Source of the DNA: Chiloscyllium plagiosum
Lineage: Eukaryota
Assembly (NCBI RefSeq): GCF_004010195.1
Contig: NC_057719.1
Coordinates: 92,645,465-92,709,464 of the forward strand
Direction of reading: 5' to 3'
DNA length: 64,000 bases
Below the pieces are notes generated by a model, which saw nothing but the letters and a program-made list of their open reading frames with translations, was not told the DNA's origin and did no database searches. The position numbers and the translations under genes are program-made. Within the stretch, counting starts at the first letter, position 1. Each line of letters begins with the position of its first letter. Below, piece by piece: positions 11,906 through 25,530 of this stretch.

Positions 11906-13510
11906 ATGTTGCGAGTGAGAAAACCGTGGAACAAGTTGATAGGCTTGCACAGATTGATATAAGTAGAGTGGATGTGCTGGAAATTCTGCGAAGCATCAAG
12001 ATAAATAAGTCCCCAGGGCCGGACCAGATATATTCAACGTTATGACGGGAAATGAAGAATGAGATTGCTGCACCTGTGGCGATGATCTTTGCATCCTCAC
12101 TCTCCGCGGGAATATTGCAGGATGATTGGAGAAAGTCCAATGTTGTTCCTCTATTCAAGAAAATGAATGGTAAAATCCCTGCGAATTCCAGACCTGTCAG
12201 TCTTACATCTTGATAAGCAAGGTACTGGAAATGATTGTGAAAGTTAGGATTTAAAACTATTTGGAAAAAAAACATAGTCAGCATGGCTTTGTGAGGGGCA
12301 GATGATGCTTCACAAGCCTTCTTGAATTCTTTGAGATCGTGACGAGACAAATTGTTGAAGATTGAGCAGTGGATGTGGTGTATATGGATTACAATAAGGC
12401 ATTTGGTAAGGTTTCCCACGGTATGTTCATTCAGGAGGTTAGGAGCAATGGGATACAGGAAAATTTGATTGTCTGGACAGAAAATTGGCTGAGCAAACAG
12501 CAGGTAGTTGTGGATGGAAAGTATTGTGCCTAGAGTTCAGTGACCAGTGGTATCCCGCAAGGATCTATTCTTGGGTCTCTACACTTTGCAGCTTTTATAA
12601 ATGACTTCCTAAGTTTTCCAATGACACAAATGTCAGTGGTATTAGAAATAGTGCTAAGGGCTGTTGCAGGCTGCAATATGACATTGACCAATTGCAGAGC
12701 TAGGCTGAGAAGTAGCAGATGGAGTTTAACCTGGATAAATGCGAAGTGATTCATGTTGGAATGTCGAATGTGAATGCTGAATACAGGGTTAAAGACAGTA
12801 TTATTGTCATGTAGGGAAACAGCGGGATCTTGGGGTTCAAGTTCATAAATCCCTCAAATTTGCCACGCAAGTTGAAAAGGTTGTTAGAAGGTGTTTTTTT
12901 TGGCATTCATTAGCAGTGGTATTGAGTGTAAGAGCTACGAGGTTTCTCTGCAGCTCTATAAAACACTGGTTTTAATCACACTTGGAATATTATGTCCAGT
13001 CCTGGTCGCTTCATTATAGGAAGGATGTAGATACTTGAGAGAGGGTGCAAAGGAGATTTACGAGGTTGCTGACTGGATTGGAGGCTTGTTTTATGAAGGG
13101 AGGTTGAGTGAGTAAGGGATTATCACACTGGATAAAAGAAGGAATAGAGGTGACTTGGCAGAGGTGTACACTGTAGTACGAGGCATAGATAAAGAAGAGA
13201 GCCACAGACTTTACCCCAGGGTTTTAATGGCTGTCACGAGGGGTCATAATTTTAAGGTGATTGGAGGAAGGTATGGGGTGATGTCAGACGAGGTTCTGTA
13301 CATAGAGAGTGTTGGTTGTGTGGAATGCATTGCTAGCAGTGGTGGCAGTGTCAGAGACATTAGAGACATTTAAGCGTCGGCTGGAGAAATACATGGACGA
13401 CAGTGAATTGAGTGTTGTGCATGTTAGGTTGTTCTTAGATTATGGTAAATGCTCGGTATAACATCGTAGGCCGAAGGGTCTGTTCTATTCGATGCCCTAT
13501 GTTCTATGTG
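10870..13510 (+). mobile_element. CR1-type LINE covering most of ORF2, decayed
   Basis: Endonuclease (MGDFNFPNIDW, FGDSDHN), KSPGPDQIY, RT (SGIPQGSILG) and a TTCTATG-type tail. Confidence 0.93.
11873..11903. repeat. (GA)n microsatellite inside the LINE
   Basis: About 15 GA units. Confidence 0.95.
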
Positions 13511-13634
13511 ACATCTGGCAGTTCTTGTACATGCATTATATGAAGTCAATGCGCAGGTACAGCAAGTGACTAGGCCATCAGTTGAAAAGCTACTATTTAT
13601 TGTCAGTTATATGGTGTATGAGTTTTGGCATCAA

Positions 13635-14060
13635 AGAACAACGAACAAGGAAAATTACAGCACTGTAACAGGCCTTTCAGCCCTCCAGAACTGCACCAAT
13701 CCAAATCCACTATCTCAACCTGTCACCTATTTTCCAAGGGTTTGTAACCCTCTGTTCCCTGCCCATTCATGTATTTGTCTACATACACCTTAAATGATGC
13801 AATCGTGCCTGCCTCTATCAAATCCACTGGCAATGTGTTCCAGCCACCACCGTTCTCTGCATAAAGGACTTACCACACATATCTCCCTTAGACCTTTACC
13901 CTCTCACCTTGCAATCGTGGCCCCCTCTGGGAAAAGGCTTCTTGCTATCCACCTCGTCTATACCTCTCATGATTTTGTAGATCTCAATCAGATCCCCCCT
14001 CAACCTTCGTCTTTCTTATGAAAATAGCCCTAATTTACTCAACCTCTCTTCATAGCTACA
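13635..14060 (-). mobile_element. CR1 LINE 3' end
   Basis: Reverse-complement CR1 C-terminus and 3' tail. Confidence 0.8.
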
Positions 14061-14089
14061 GCTTCAAAAATCTAGAATGAATCCATGTC

Positions 14090-14600
14090 TGGAAGAATAA
14101 ATTGTGTTTCTTATTTGAGAAAGCATCGAATGACATTAGAAACAGTTCACTCAACTCATTCCAACGATGACTTTGTTATCTTGTGAGAAACATTTAGACA
14201 GACAATGCTGATATCCATTTCAGATTATAAGAAGGCCCAGTGATTTTACTGAAATATATAATATCCTGAAAGACTAGAGAGTGTGAGTACTGGAAGGGCA
14301 ATTCCGTCTGTGCAGAAGACTGGAATGAGGAGCCTTGGTTTAAGAGTGTGAGGTCTCCCTTTTAATACGGAGATAAGGACTCTTTTTCTCTGAGAATGTT
14401 TTGGTCATTGGAAGTATCTTCCTCAGAAATAATGGAGGTTGTCACATTGCACTTATGTGAAGCATCGTTGCATAGATTTTCAATATGAAAACCAATGGAG
14501 GAAGACAGGAAAGTGAGTTTGAGAGACCACGAGGGGATCATGATCTTAATCAATTGTGGAACTTTTCAAAGGGTGGAATGATGTATCCTTTGTTTTATTT
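14090..14600 (+). mobile_element. Old CR1 LINE 3' fragment
   Basis: Degenerate similarity to CR1 3' coding region and tail. Confidence 0.5.
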
Positions 14601-14872
14601 TTAGCAGTGGCCACATTTGGGAATGTATAACCTGCAGTAAAGAAGACCTTGCGAATGGTAGCGGTCATGGAAGCAAACCAAAAATCTATCATTGTCTACT
14701 GCTAAAATAATGATGATCCCAACTGATATTTCTATTGGACAAGTCAAATTCCTGAACAGACTCTAACTTGATGGGTCATTTCATTTATTTATTTTATGTA
14801 ACGTGGTGACCTTGCACTCAAGCATAAGTACCCCCAACTTGTATGTTTTATTTTAATACTAATGCACAAGTT

Positions 14873-15730
14873 TGTGACAGAAAATAAATCCATTATATTT
14901 TTAAAGAAAACCGCAAACTAAGCTATTGACATATAACACAATTTAAAATAATTCAGACAAATGGCAAAACAACATCAAATCTGCTCTTTACCACTGTCGC
15001 GTTGCAGTTACTTAAAGTACCAGAGATACTTCCGTTCCCCATGAAAAGTGTGAGCTTTGACAAATTGCTTTTTTTACTCTACTCTGTCCTCTGAGTAATA
15101 AAAGTCTTCGCTGTGAGACCACACACAATTTAGATATTAAACTTTGTCAGCTTTGAATGATCAACACAATTTTGCAATCAACACACCTGATCTGGGCGTT
15201 TTCACAAACAACAATTCTTCACCAAGGGTACTGTAAAAAAAATTAGATTAGATTCCCTACTGTGTGGAAACAGGCCATTTGACTCAACAGGTCCACACCG
15301 ACCCTTTGATGAGTAATCCACCCAGACCTATTTCCCTCTGACAAATGCACCTAACTATGGGCAATTTAGCATGGATAATCCACCTGACCTGCACATCTTT
15401 GTATTGTGGGAGGAAACCCACGCAGACACGGGGAGAATGTGCAAACTCCACACAGACAGTCGCCCAAGGCCGGAATCAAACCCAGGTCCCTGGTACTGTG
15501 AGGCAGCAGTGCTAACCACTGAGTCACCGTGATGCCCTTTCTTCAACTTATTTCCTCAAATGTTCTGAGTAATCTGCCCTTTCTATGAACGTGTAAACTT
15601 ACATCTAGTGTCAGTCATGTCTTCCTCAAACTCTAAAAACCTTCACATTTATTTATCATATTCAATTCTTGGATCTTCAAGATCCAAAATTAAGCTCGTG
15701 TTTGTAATACGTTCTCTCTTCTGTCTTACA
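14873..15730 (-). mobile_element. Possible solo Gypsy LTR interrupted by a SINE
   Basis: Begins TGTGACAG and ends near CTTACA; the terminus resembles the LTR ends at 51158 and 60689. Confidence 0.35.
15243..15540 (-). mobile_element. HE1-type SINE
   Basis: (TTAGA)n tail and full SINE body in reverse. Confidence 0.92.
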
Positions 15731-15999
15731 GACCGACAATAAAATAAATTTCACTCCATTTAGCATATATTTGTTTAAAAGAATGGTTCTACGAAGACTT
15801 AATTAATTGTGTTTAAAATTACTTTTAAAAAAAGCCGAAAATGTCATTCGTTTAAAATGAAAATTCTAAAATGATTGTCCAGACAGATGAAGCTCGCACC
15901 ACTTTCATCGTGATGAGTTAAAAGTAACAAAGGCAATCCTGACTTAGACAGCAGTGAAATAAATGAATGCAATTTAGACTACGAAAAACAGAATGATGG

Positions 16000-16195
16000 C
16001 AGGCAGATGAGTGGAAGGGGAGGAGTTTGGGATTGTATGTAAACTCCAGTTCACTAAGGTCATGCTCCGAAGTTGTGGAGTTTAATGCTGAGCCTCAGAG
16101 GCTGTAAGGTGCTTCAGTGGAAAACGAGAGTTATTGCTCATGCATGAGTTGTGCTTTGATGAACCATTTTAGCAGGCCCTGGATGGAAGCACAAT
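16000..16195 (-). mobile_element. Penelope-like GIY-YIG C-terminal fragment
   Basis: Minus strand EQ...STLQPLRLSIKLHNF resembles the PLE C-terminal pattern EQxLIFxLGTLxPxGLN. Confidence 0.5.
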
Positions 16196-16607
16196 AGTTT
16201 ATTTAAATGACAACCATGTGGATACATTCATTAAATCCATGGTTCTTCTATGGTTCTTAGCTGGTTCCACAATGCCTAGTTTGTTTTTATGCACTAGCCA
16301 CTTCCTCTTTACCATGGATGTGTTATGATTCTCCACATTTATCTGCCACCAGGATGACCTGAAGGTTGCTGCGATCATTTGTTCGTGACAAACACTGTTA
16401 TTTAGAAAAAAATAAATGCCATTAATTCTCCTCGGCTTAAGGCAGTAGTTCCCCTTCAAATATCTGCTAGCTCTTTGGTTAATTATATTTTAGAGCTTTT
16501 GTTTTGTTACTTTTTGCATATTTCGTTCTTTCACTTTCATATACAACATATCTATGTAACATCAAACTTGTCAAGTGAAGTGTCTCAATTCTTCTCATTG
16601 ACTTGTC

Positions 16608-17385
16608 TCATAGAATCATAGAGTCAGTGAGATGTACAGCACGGAAACATACCCTTCACTCCAACCCATCCATGCCGACCAGATGTTCCAAACCAATCTA
16701 GTCACACTCGCCAGCACCCAGTCCATATCCCTCCAAACTCTTCGTAGTAATATACCCATCTAAGTGCCTTTTAAATGTTGCAATTGAACCAGCCTCCTCC
16801 ACTTCCTCTGGCAGCTCATTCCATACACGTACCACCCTCTGTGTGAAAAAAGGTTGCCCCTTAGTTCTCTTTTATATCCTTCTCTTCTCACTATAAACCT
16901 CTGCCCTCTAGTTCTGGAATCCCCCACCACAGGGAAAAGACTTTTTTTATTTATCCTATCCATGCCCCACATAATTTTGTAAGCCTCTATAAGATCACCC
17001 CTCAGACTCCGATGCTCCAGGGAAAACAGGCACTGCCTGTTCAGCCTCTCCCTAAAGCACAAATCCTCCAACCCTGGCAACATCCTTGTAAATCTTTTCT
17101 TAACCCTTTCAAGTTTCACAACATCTTTCCGATAGGAAGAAGACCAGAATTGCACTCATTATTCCAACAGTGGCCTAACCAATGTCCTGTACAGCCGCAA
17201 CATGACCTCCCAACTCCTGAACTCAATACTCTGACCAATAAAGGAAAGCATATCAAACAGCTTCTTTACTATCCTATCTACCTGCGACTCCACTTTCTAG
17301 GAGCCAAGAACCTGCACTCCAAGGTCTCTTTTTTCAGCAACACTCCCAAGGACCTTACGGATAAGTGTATAAGTCCTTTTTTTGC
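16608..17385 (-). mobile_element. CR1-type LINE 3' part
   Basis: QFWSSSYRKDVVKLERVKKRFTRMLPGL; (ACTCTATG)n-type tail. Confidence 0.92.
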
Positions 17386-17387
17386 AA

Positions 17388-18428
17388 GGTAACATCATCA
17401 GTGGCGACCTCCAAGTGAAGCGTAGCTGTTGTCTCCTCCTTTCTATTTATATGTTTGTCCTGGATGGGGTTCCTGGGGTTTGTGGTGATGTCATTTCCTG
17501 TTCGTTTTCAGAGGGGTTGATAGATGGCATCTAGATCTATGTGTTTGTTTATGGCGTTGTGGTCGAAAGAAAGGACAACGGAGAACTACAAACCTGCACA
17601 TACAGAAAACCGACAAACACTGACCAAATACGTAACTACATCAGCAACCATCCCAACACACACAAACGAGGCTGTATCAAAACACTATTTCAATGAGCCA
17701 CCACACACTGCAGCACAGACGAACTTCGGAAAACAGAGGAGAACCACCGATACAACGTATTCGAGAAGTACGGATACTCAAAAAATACAGTCCGCGGATT
17801 CCTCAAGAACAAACCACGACAAGCAGACCAAACACAGCCAGAAATCCTAACCACCTTACCATACATCAAAGAAGTTTCAGAAATGACAGCCAGATTACTA
17901 AGACCCCTCGGAATCCTAGTAGCACACAAACGCACCAACTCTCTCAAACAAAAACTAACCAAACTTAAAAGACCCAGTACAACTCTTGGACAAAACCAAT
18001 ATCATCTACAAAATTCCATGCAAACACTGCCATAAACACTACGTAGGACAAACAGGAAGAAAGTTAGCCACCAGGATACACGAACACCAGCAAGCCACAA
18101 AAAGACACGACACTCTCTCCCTCGTAGCCCTACATACGGATGAAAAAAAAAACACCAATTCGACTGGGACAACACATCTATCCTGGGACAGGCTAAGCAA
18201 AGACATGCCAGAGAATTCCTCGAGGCCTGGCACTCCAACCACAACGCCATAAACAAACACAAACACACATACCATCTATCAACCCCTCAGAAAACGAACA
18301 GGAAATGACATCACCACAAACCCCAGGAACCCCATCCAGGACAAACATATAAATCGAAAGCAGGAGGCAACAGCTTCGCTTCACTTGGCCATCGCCACTG
18401 ATGATGTTACATAACCAGGTAATGAAAA
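17388..18428 (+). mobile_element. Penelope-like element with GIY-YIG endonuclease and inverted 5' pseudo-LTR copy
   Basis: IIYKIPCKHCHKHYVGQTGRKLATRIHEH (GIY-YIG); 17388-17563 is the reverse complement of about 18238-18410. Confidence 0.92.
18395..18428 (+). ncRNA. Truncated minimal hammerhead-like motif in a Penelope pseudo-LTR
   Basis: CCA-CTGATGA-TGTTAC-ataaccag-GTAAT-GAAA, truncated before the cleavage site. Confidence 0.6.
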
Positions 18429-18895
18429 AAGATGAGACAATAAAGATAGTGGTTCATGAATTTTAATTGGAAAATGGAATCCACGTGCATTCTTTGTTAA
18501 GGAAGAAATGGAGATCTTGACAGGTTAATGCAAATGCAAAATTGTCAGAAGTTCACCAAATTGTGTTGCTTGTAGAATACAGCCAGCACGAATTGCAGGT
18601 AGCACACGCATTGCCTATAGGAGGTCATCTACAACTGATGAAGAAAAAATTTTATTCATCTGGATTACATATAGCTGGGGTTGATTTTTTTCTGCAACTG
18701 CCATACGTATCAGATATTATGAAAGACATAAGCGGTGATATAACCAGTGTCTTTCATGACAACTCACGCATTTGAAGAATCTTTTACGTGGGTTGTGTAC
18801 GTCCCCTCCCTAAAACCAGAAGTGGCAACCAATATTTGCTAATAGAAATAGATGTGTCTACTAGGTTTCCGGAGTCAATTCCCTTCCAGAATTTC

Positions 18896-21338
18896 ATAGG
18901 ACATAGAACATGGCAGTACAATACAGGTCCTTCAGCCCTCGATGTTGCACCGATCTGTGGATCCAGTCAGAAACCTATCTATCCTACACTATTCTATTTT
19001 CATTCATTTGCTTATCTAATGACCACTTAAACGCACTTAAAGTTGGCCAGACTACTACTGTTGAAGGCAGTGCGTTCCAGGCCCCGATTTCTCTCCAGGT
19101 AAAGACACTTACCTCTGACATTGACCTATATCTAATAGCCTTCAATTTAAATCTATGTACCCTCGTTCTAGCCATCACCATTCGAAGAAAAAGACTCTCA
19201 CTCTCCATCCTATCCTACCCTCTGATTTTGTTACATCTATCAACTAAGTCACCTCTCAAATTTCTTCTTTCTAACAAAAACAGCCTGAAATCCCTCAGCC
19301 TTCCCTCATAAGACCTTACTTCCATACCAGGCAATATCCAAGTAAATTTCATCTGCACCCTTTCCAAAGCTTCCACATTCTTGCTATAATGCGGTGATCA
19401 GAATTGTATGCAATACTCCAAGTGTGGCTGCACCAGAACTTCGTACAGATGCAGCATGACCTCGTGGTCAAGAACCCAGTACCTCTACCAATAAAAGCTA
19501 ACACATTATATGACTTCTTAGCAAAACTATCAACCTAGGAGGCAACTTTCAGATATCTATGTACATGAACACCAAGATCTCTCTGCTCATCTACACTGCC
19601 AGGAATCTTACCATTAGCCCATTACCCTTTATTCCTGTTGCTCCTTCCAAAATGAATCACCTCACACTTTTCCGCATTAAAATCCATTTGCCATTTCTCA
19701 GCGCAGATCTGTAGCTTATCTATGTCCCTCTTTAACTGCAACATCGATCATCACTAGCCACAACTCCACCAACCTTAGTGTCATCCACAAATTTACGAAT
19801 CCATCCTTCTACACCCACATCCAGTTCATTTTAAAAAAAGAAAATAATACTGAACCAAGACAGATCCTTGCGGTACACCACTAGAAATTGAACGCCCGGA
19901 TAAACATTTCCCATCAACCACCACCCTCTGTCTCCTTTCAGCTCGCCAATATCTGATCGAAACTGCTAAATCGCCCTCAATCCCATGTCTCCGGACATTG
20001 TGCCATACGTTATTGTGGGACACCTTATCAAACGCCTTACTGAAATCCAGAAATTCCACACCAAAGTTTTGGCCTCATCGACCTGCTTGACCACCACCTC
20101 AACGAACTCAACAAGGTTTGTAAGGCATGACTTAGACTTCATATAACTGCGTTGACTATTCCTTATGAAGTTATTCCTCTCTAAGTACTTATAAATCCTA
20201 TCTTCTAGAACATTTTCCATCACTTTACCCACATCCAAAGTAAGGCTATAATTACCAGGGTTGTCTCTACTCCCCTTCTTGAACAAAGGGACAACATTTG
20301 CGATCCTCTGGTCTTCTGGCACTATTCCTGTGGACAATGAGGACAAGGAGATCAAAAAACAAAGGCTCTTCAATATCATCCCTGGCTTCTCAGAGAATCC
20401 TAGGAGAAATCCCATTCGTCCTTGGGGAAATATCTATTTTCACACTTTCCATAATTGCTAATGCCTCCTCCTTGTGAACCTCACTCTTGTCTAGTCTAGT
20501 ATCTCAGTATCCTTCTCGACACCATTATTATTTTCATTTAGCGCCTCTTCTATCTCCTTGCACCCCACGCACAACTTCCCACTACTATCCTTGATTGACC
20601 TTAATCATCATCTAGTCTTTTTTAAAATTTCTGATATACCTTTAGGAAGCTTTAGGGTTTCCCTTGATCCTATCTGCCAACGAATTCTCATGTCCCCTCC
20701 TGGCTTTTCTTAGCTCTGTCTTTTTGTTTATCCTGGCTAATTTGTAACTCTCAAGCGCCCTAACTGAGCCTTCATGTCTCATCTGAACAAATGCTTTCTT
20801 CTTCCCCTTGATCAGAGATTCAATTTCTTTAGTAAACCACGGGTCCCTTGCTCGACCACATCCTCCCTGCTTGATAGGTACATACTTATCAAGGACATGC
20901 AGTAGCGGTTCCTTGAATAAGCTCCACATTTCAATTGTGCCCATTCCCTGCAGTTTCCTTCCCCATCCCTCGCACCCTAAACCTGGCCGAATCGCATCAC
21001 AATTATCTTTCCTCCAGCAATAACTCTTCTCCCGCCGAATATGTGTATTCCTTTCAATGACTTAAGTAAACATAACTGAATTGTGGTCAGTGTCAACAAA
21101 GTGCTCACCTACCTCCAGAACTAACACCTGGCCCGTTTCATTATGCAGTACCAAATTCAATGTGGCCTCGCCCCTTATGGGTTGTCTACATGCTGTGTCA
21201 GGAAACCATCCTGCACGCATTGAGCAAAAGCTGACCGATCTATTGTACTCAAATCATAGCATGTGAAGTCAATATTTGTAAAGTTAACGGCTCCAACAAC
21301 AACTACCCTCTTACTCTCGTTCCAATCCAGAACTATCT
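18896..21338 (-). mobile_element. CR1-type LINE inserted in the Gypsy integrase
   Basis: [37 protein letters not shown]; tail at about 18896-18910. Confidence 0.93.
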
Positions 21339-21707
21339 GTCAATGTAAGCAAGGATGTGGAGAAGTAGCTTGCTTTCTTTACCCGTTATGGACGAATCAG
21401 GATGATTCATTCAGACCAAGGCTTAAATTTCACAGCGAAATTATTGAAGGAGGTGATGGACAGTTCCGGCATCAAACACTTTACAGCAAGTGTGTACCAT
21501 CCTGAATCTGAGGGACACTTGGAAAAATGACATTAGAACCGAAAGACCATGTAGAGGGCTTATTGCCACAGTTACCTAAATGATTGGTGTAAACATGTCC
21601 AATTTATATTATTCACTATTAGACATGTTCCATATGAATTGACCAAGTTTATGCTATTTGAATTGGTATTCAGACTCGAAGTAAGCGGATTTAAAAAATT
21701 AATTAAG

Positions 21708-21999
21708 CACCGTGAGGTGGCTCAGTGGCTACCACTAACGTCTGACAGCATCAGGGACCTGAGTTCACTTCGAGCCTGAGGCAGCTGCCAGTGTGGAGTT
21801 TGTACAATCGCCCTGTGTCTGCTTGGTTTTGCTCCCACAAAGATGTGCAGGTCAGGTGAATTAGCCATGCTAAATTGACCACAGTATCAGGTGCATTACC
21901 CAGAAGGGAATAGGTCTGGGTTGGTTACTCTTTGGGGAGTCAGTGTGGACTAGTTGGGCCAAATGGCCTGTTTCCAGTTGTAGGTAATCTAATCTAATC
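21708..21999 (+). mobile_element. HE1-type SINE inserted in the Gypsy integrase
   Basis: tRNA-like head, body and (TAATC)n tail. Confidence 0.88.
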
Positions 22000-23162
22000 A
22001 AATGTTAATATGTCTGAGATTGCATTGATAGATTATGTATCTGAGGTGAGAGAAAAATTAAGCAGATATGTGAATTTGCTGCACATTATTTGAATGGGAA
22101 ACAGCTCCTAATGAAGCAGGACACAGATCTGAAATCTAAAATTCATTAATTTGCCCATGTAGATAAAGATTGGTGCTGTTACAAATGATAGGAAATCCCT
22201 TCAAAACAAGGCTTACTGGTCCCTGGCAGACTGAGAAGACGGTAAGTCAGATGAATAACTTTTTAAATATGCCAGATGTGAAAAAAAACGTATTTTGTGT
22301 CTGACATATTAACATTACTGCATCAGCATAATGACAGGGAAAGAAAGCCAGAGAAACAGGCATTAGTTACTGCCACTGAGAGTGAGCAATAAAATCCAGA
22401 TGATATACATTTTGATGTCCTCCAGAATAAATTGAATAATGAGAAAGTCCACAAGAAATGGGATATGGCAGTCACCTATGTGTTCAAGGAACAAATACCT
22501 GAATTGGAAAAAGCAGAAATAGAATGCGGAGGGGTTAGATCTCATGGAATGCAGGGAGAACTAGCCATTTGGATACAGAACTGGCTCAAAGGTAGAAGAC
22601 AGAGGGTGGTGGTGGAAGGTTTTTTTTTTCAGACTGGAGGCCTGTGACCAGTGGAGTGCCACAAGGATCGGTGCTGGGTCCTCTACGTTTTGTCATTTCC
22701 ATAAATGATTTGGAAGCGAGCATAAGAGGTACAGTTAGAAAGTTTGCAGATAACACCAAAGTTGGATGTGTAGTGGACAGCGAAGGGGGTTACCACAGAC
22801 TACAACAGGATCTGGACCAAATGGGCCAATGGGCTGAGAAGTGGCAGATGGAGTTTAATTCAGATAAATGCGAGGTGCTGCATTTTGGGAAAGCAAATCT
22901 TAGCAGGACTTATACACTTGAAAGGGTTCAGAAAAGATTTACAGGGATGTTGCCAGGGTTGGAGGATTTGAACTCTAAGGAGAGACTGAACAGGTTGGGG
23001 CTGTTTTCCCTGGAGCGTCGGAGGCTGTGGGGTGACCTTATAGTGGTTTACAAAATGATGTGGGGCATGGATAGGATAAATGGACAAAGTCTTTTCCCTC
23101 GAGTCTTGGATTCCAGAACTAGAGGGCATTGGTTTAGGGTGTGAGGGGAAATATATAAAAGA

Positions 23163-23830
23163 GATTCCTCAAGAACAAACCACGACAAGCAGACCAAACA
23201 CAGCCAGAAACCTTAACCACCTTACCATACATCAAAGAAGTTTCAGAAATGACAGCCAGACTACTAAGACCCCTCGGAATCCTAGTAGCGCACAAACCCA
23301 CCAACACTCTCAAACAAAAACTAACAAAATTAAAAAACCCAGTGAAACCCATGGACAAAACCAACGTCATCTAAAAAGTCCCATGCAAGGACTGCCACAA
23401 ACACTACTTAGGACAAACAGGAAGAAAGTTAGCCACCAGGATACACGAACACCAGCTAGTTACCAAAAGACACGACCCACTCTCCGTCGTAGCCCTACAC
23501 ACGGATGAAAAAAAAGCATTTCGACTGGGACAACACATCTATCCTGGGACAGGATGAGCAAAGACATGCCAGAGAATTGCTCGAGGCCAGGCACTCCAAC
23601 CATAACGCCATAAACAAACACATAGATCTCGTTACCATCTATCAACCCTCAGAAAACGAACAGGAAATGACATCACCACAAACCCCAGGAACCCCATCCA
23701 GGACAAACATATAAATAGAAAGCAGAAGACAACAGCTTCGCTTCACTTGGAGGTTGCCACTGATGTTACATAGCTAGGTAATGAAACGTTTGGATATCAA
23801 ACCTACAGCTCTGTGAGCAAAACTACACCC
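23163..23830 (+). mobile_element. 5'-truncated Penelope-like element with target-site duplication
   Basis: Closely similar to 17797-18428; flanked by TATATAAAAGAGAT at 23152-23165 and 23831-23844. Confidence 0.93.
23756..23793 (+). ncRNA. Mutated minimal hammerhead-like motif in a Penelope pseudo-LTR
   Basis: CCA-CTGATG (3-nt deletion relative to 18398)-TTAC...GTAAT-GAAAC-GTT-TGG; stem I CCA/TGG. Confidence 0.55.
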
Positions 23831-25530
23831 TATATAAAAGAGATCTAAGGGGCAACGTTTTCACGCGGAGGGTGGTACGTGTATGGAATGAGCTGCCAGA
23901 GGATGTGGTGGAGGCTGGTACAATTGCAACATTTAAAAGGCATTTGGATGGGTATATGAATAGGAAGGGTTTGGAGGTGCTGGAGGTGGGACTAGATTGG
24001 ATTGGGATATCTGGTCGGCATGGACAAGTTGGACCAAAGGGTCTGTTTCCATGCTGTGCACCTCTATGACTCTATGACTCTATCACTAATGCCGTAGTAC
24101 ATGAGGTTGACGTAGAACATTCTGTTCAGATAAAACAATATCCCTGCAGGCGTAATCTTCTTACAGCAATGCAGTTGTTGTAAGGAAGTGAAAGCGATGC
24201 TCGAAGAAGGCATCATAGAGATGAGTCAAAATGACTGGAGTTGCCCATTTGTATTTTCCAAGCCTAATTACAATAAATTATTCTGTATACACTATCAGAA
24301 GTGCAACGCTGTGACAAAATATGACAACTTCCCAATTTCAAGGCTGGAGAATTGTTTGGAAAAGGTGGGTCAAGGTACTGATATCACAAAGTTGGACATA
24401 CTGCGCAAATACGTTTGTCAGAGAGAGCAAAGAAGTGCTTTTCTCACCCCAGTTTAAAGTAATACACCTTTCAAAGGCTTTCGAGTAGAGTTGTTGCAGC
24501 ATTGACTAATTGGGCAGTTCACATGGATGACTTAGTGAACTTTAGCTATTTGTGGAAAGATCACATGGAGCATTTGGCAGAGCTCCTTGAGAGACTACGC
24601 AATATAAAGTTGATCATAAACTTGTCAAAAAGCGCATTTGCGAAGGTGGAAGTGACGTTTTTAGTGCAAAGCATTAGACACGGACAGATGACACTGAGTA
24701 ACGCGAAGACAAAGGCCACCGACAAATTTCCCAGACCATCATCGAAGATAGGAAGTGCTATGATTTTTAGGACTGAGCAGGTTCTGAACGAAATTTGCTC
24801 TAAGCTTTTGTGGCATGGTGTCACCATTAGCTGATTTATTTATTTTGAAAAAAGCAAACACGCAATTTCGGTGAACAGAACAATGACTGAAGTCCTTTGA
24901 GGAGTTAAAAGTATTGTTAACTACCGCACCAGTTTCAGTTATATCTAACTTTCTCAAAGTCTTTGAAGTAGTCAATGGCACAGCTGATGCAGGTGTTGGA
25001 GCTGTGTTGGTACACAAGGATGAGGGTGGAATTGAATGGTCAATCTGTTATTTTTCAAAACGAAACCTAATATGCACCAGAAAAGATATTCAACTATTGA
25101 AAATAGTTATTGAGCTTGATACTGTCGTTACAACATTTTAACACTCACATTGCGACAATACAGCAGAGATGGTTGTGTATACTGATCACAATCCGTTGAC
25201 ATTTTTGGAGGGAATTCAAGAGAAGAGCAAAAGGTTATTTCGTCGGAGTGTCATGTTACAACAATAAGTATTTAATTTTACAGATTGGACGTATTGCAGG
25301 CCATGAAATGTTACTGTGGATGTTTTATCACGGATTTAAAAGAAAAACACATGTTTATATACGACAGAAATGGTAATATTCAAAGTTATGCATATATAGA
25401 ATGATTATAACGTATGTAACTCAAGATTAGAGAATTACGGGTATTGTAATGTAATGGAGTTAAGGCATGAGATAAATACAATGAAGGCATCTTTATAATA
25501 ATAATAGTTCACAGTTTATTACGGAGGAGG

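Larger units (their letters stand above)
22530..24083 (+). mobile_element. CR1-type LINE inserted in Gypsy, itself split by a Penelope insertion
   Basis: [11 protein letters not shown]...KFADNTK; internal deletion at about 22918; resumes at 23831; (CTCTATGA)n tail. Confidence 0.92.
18430..25340 (+). mobile_element. Gmr1-like Gypsy pol (integrase, then RT, then RNase H), fragmented by nested insertions
   Basis: IN N-terminus AHALPIGGHL...PLPKTRSGNQYLL...STRFPESIP (18430-18895); IN core HSDQGLNF...YHPESEG (21340-21705); GPW (about 22217); RT VHEVDV...ITKLDI...HMDDL (24085-24830); RNase H YTDHNPL...DVLSRI (to 25340). Confidence 0.88.

Noticed and set aside
11799..12419. 206-aa minus-strand ORF
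   Set aside because: Antisense to CR1 ORF2 and runs through a (GA)n microsatellite.
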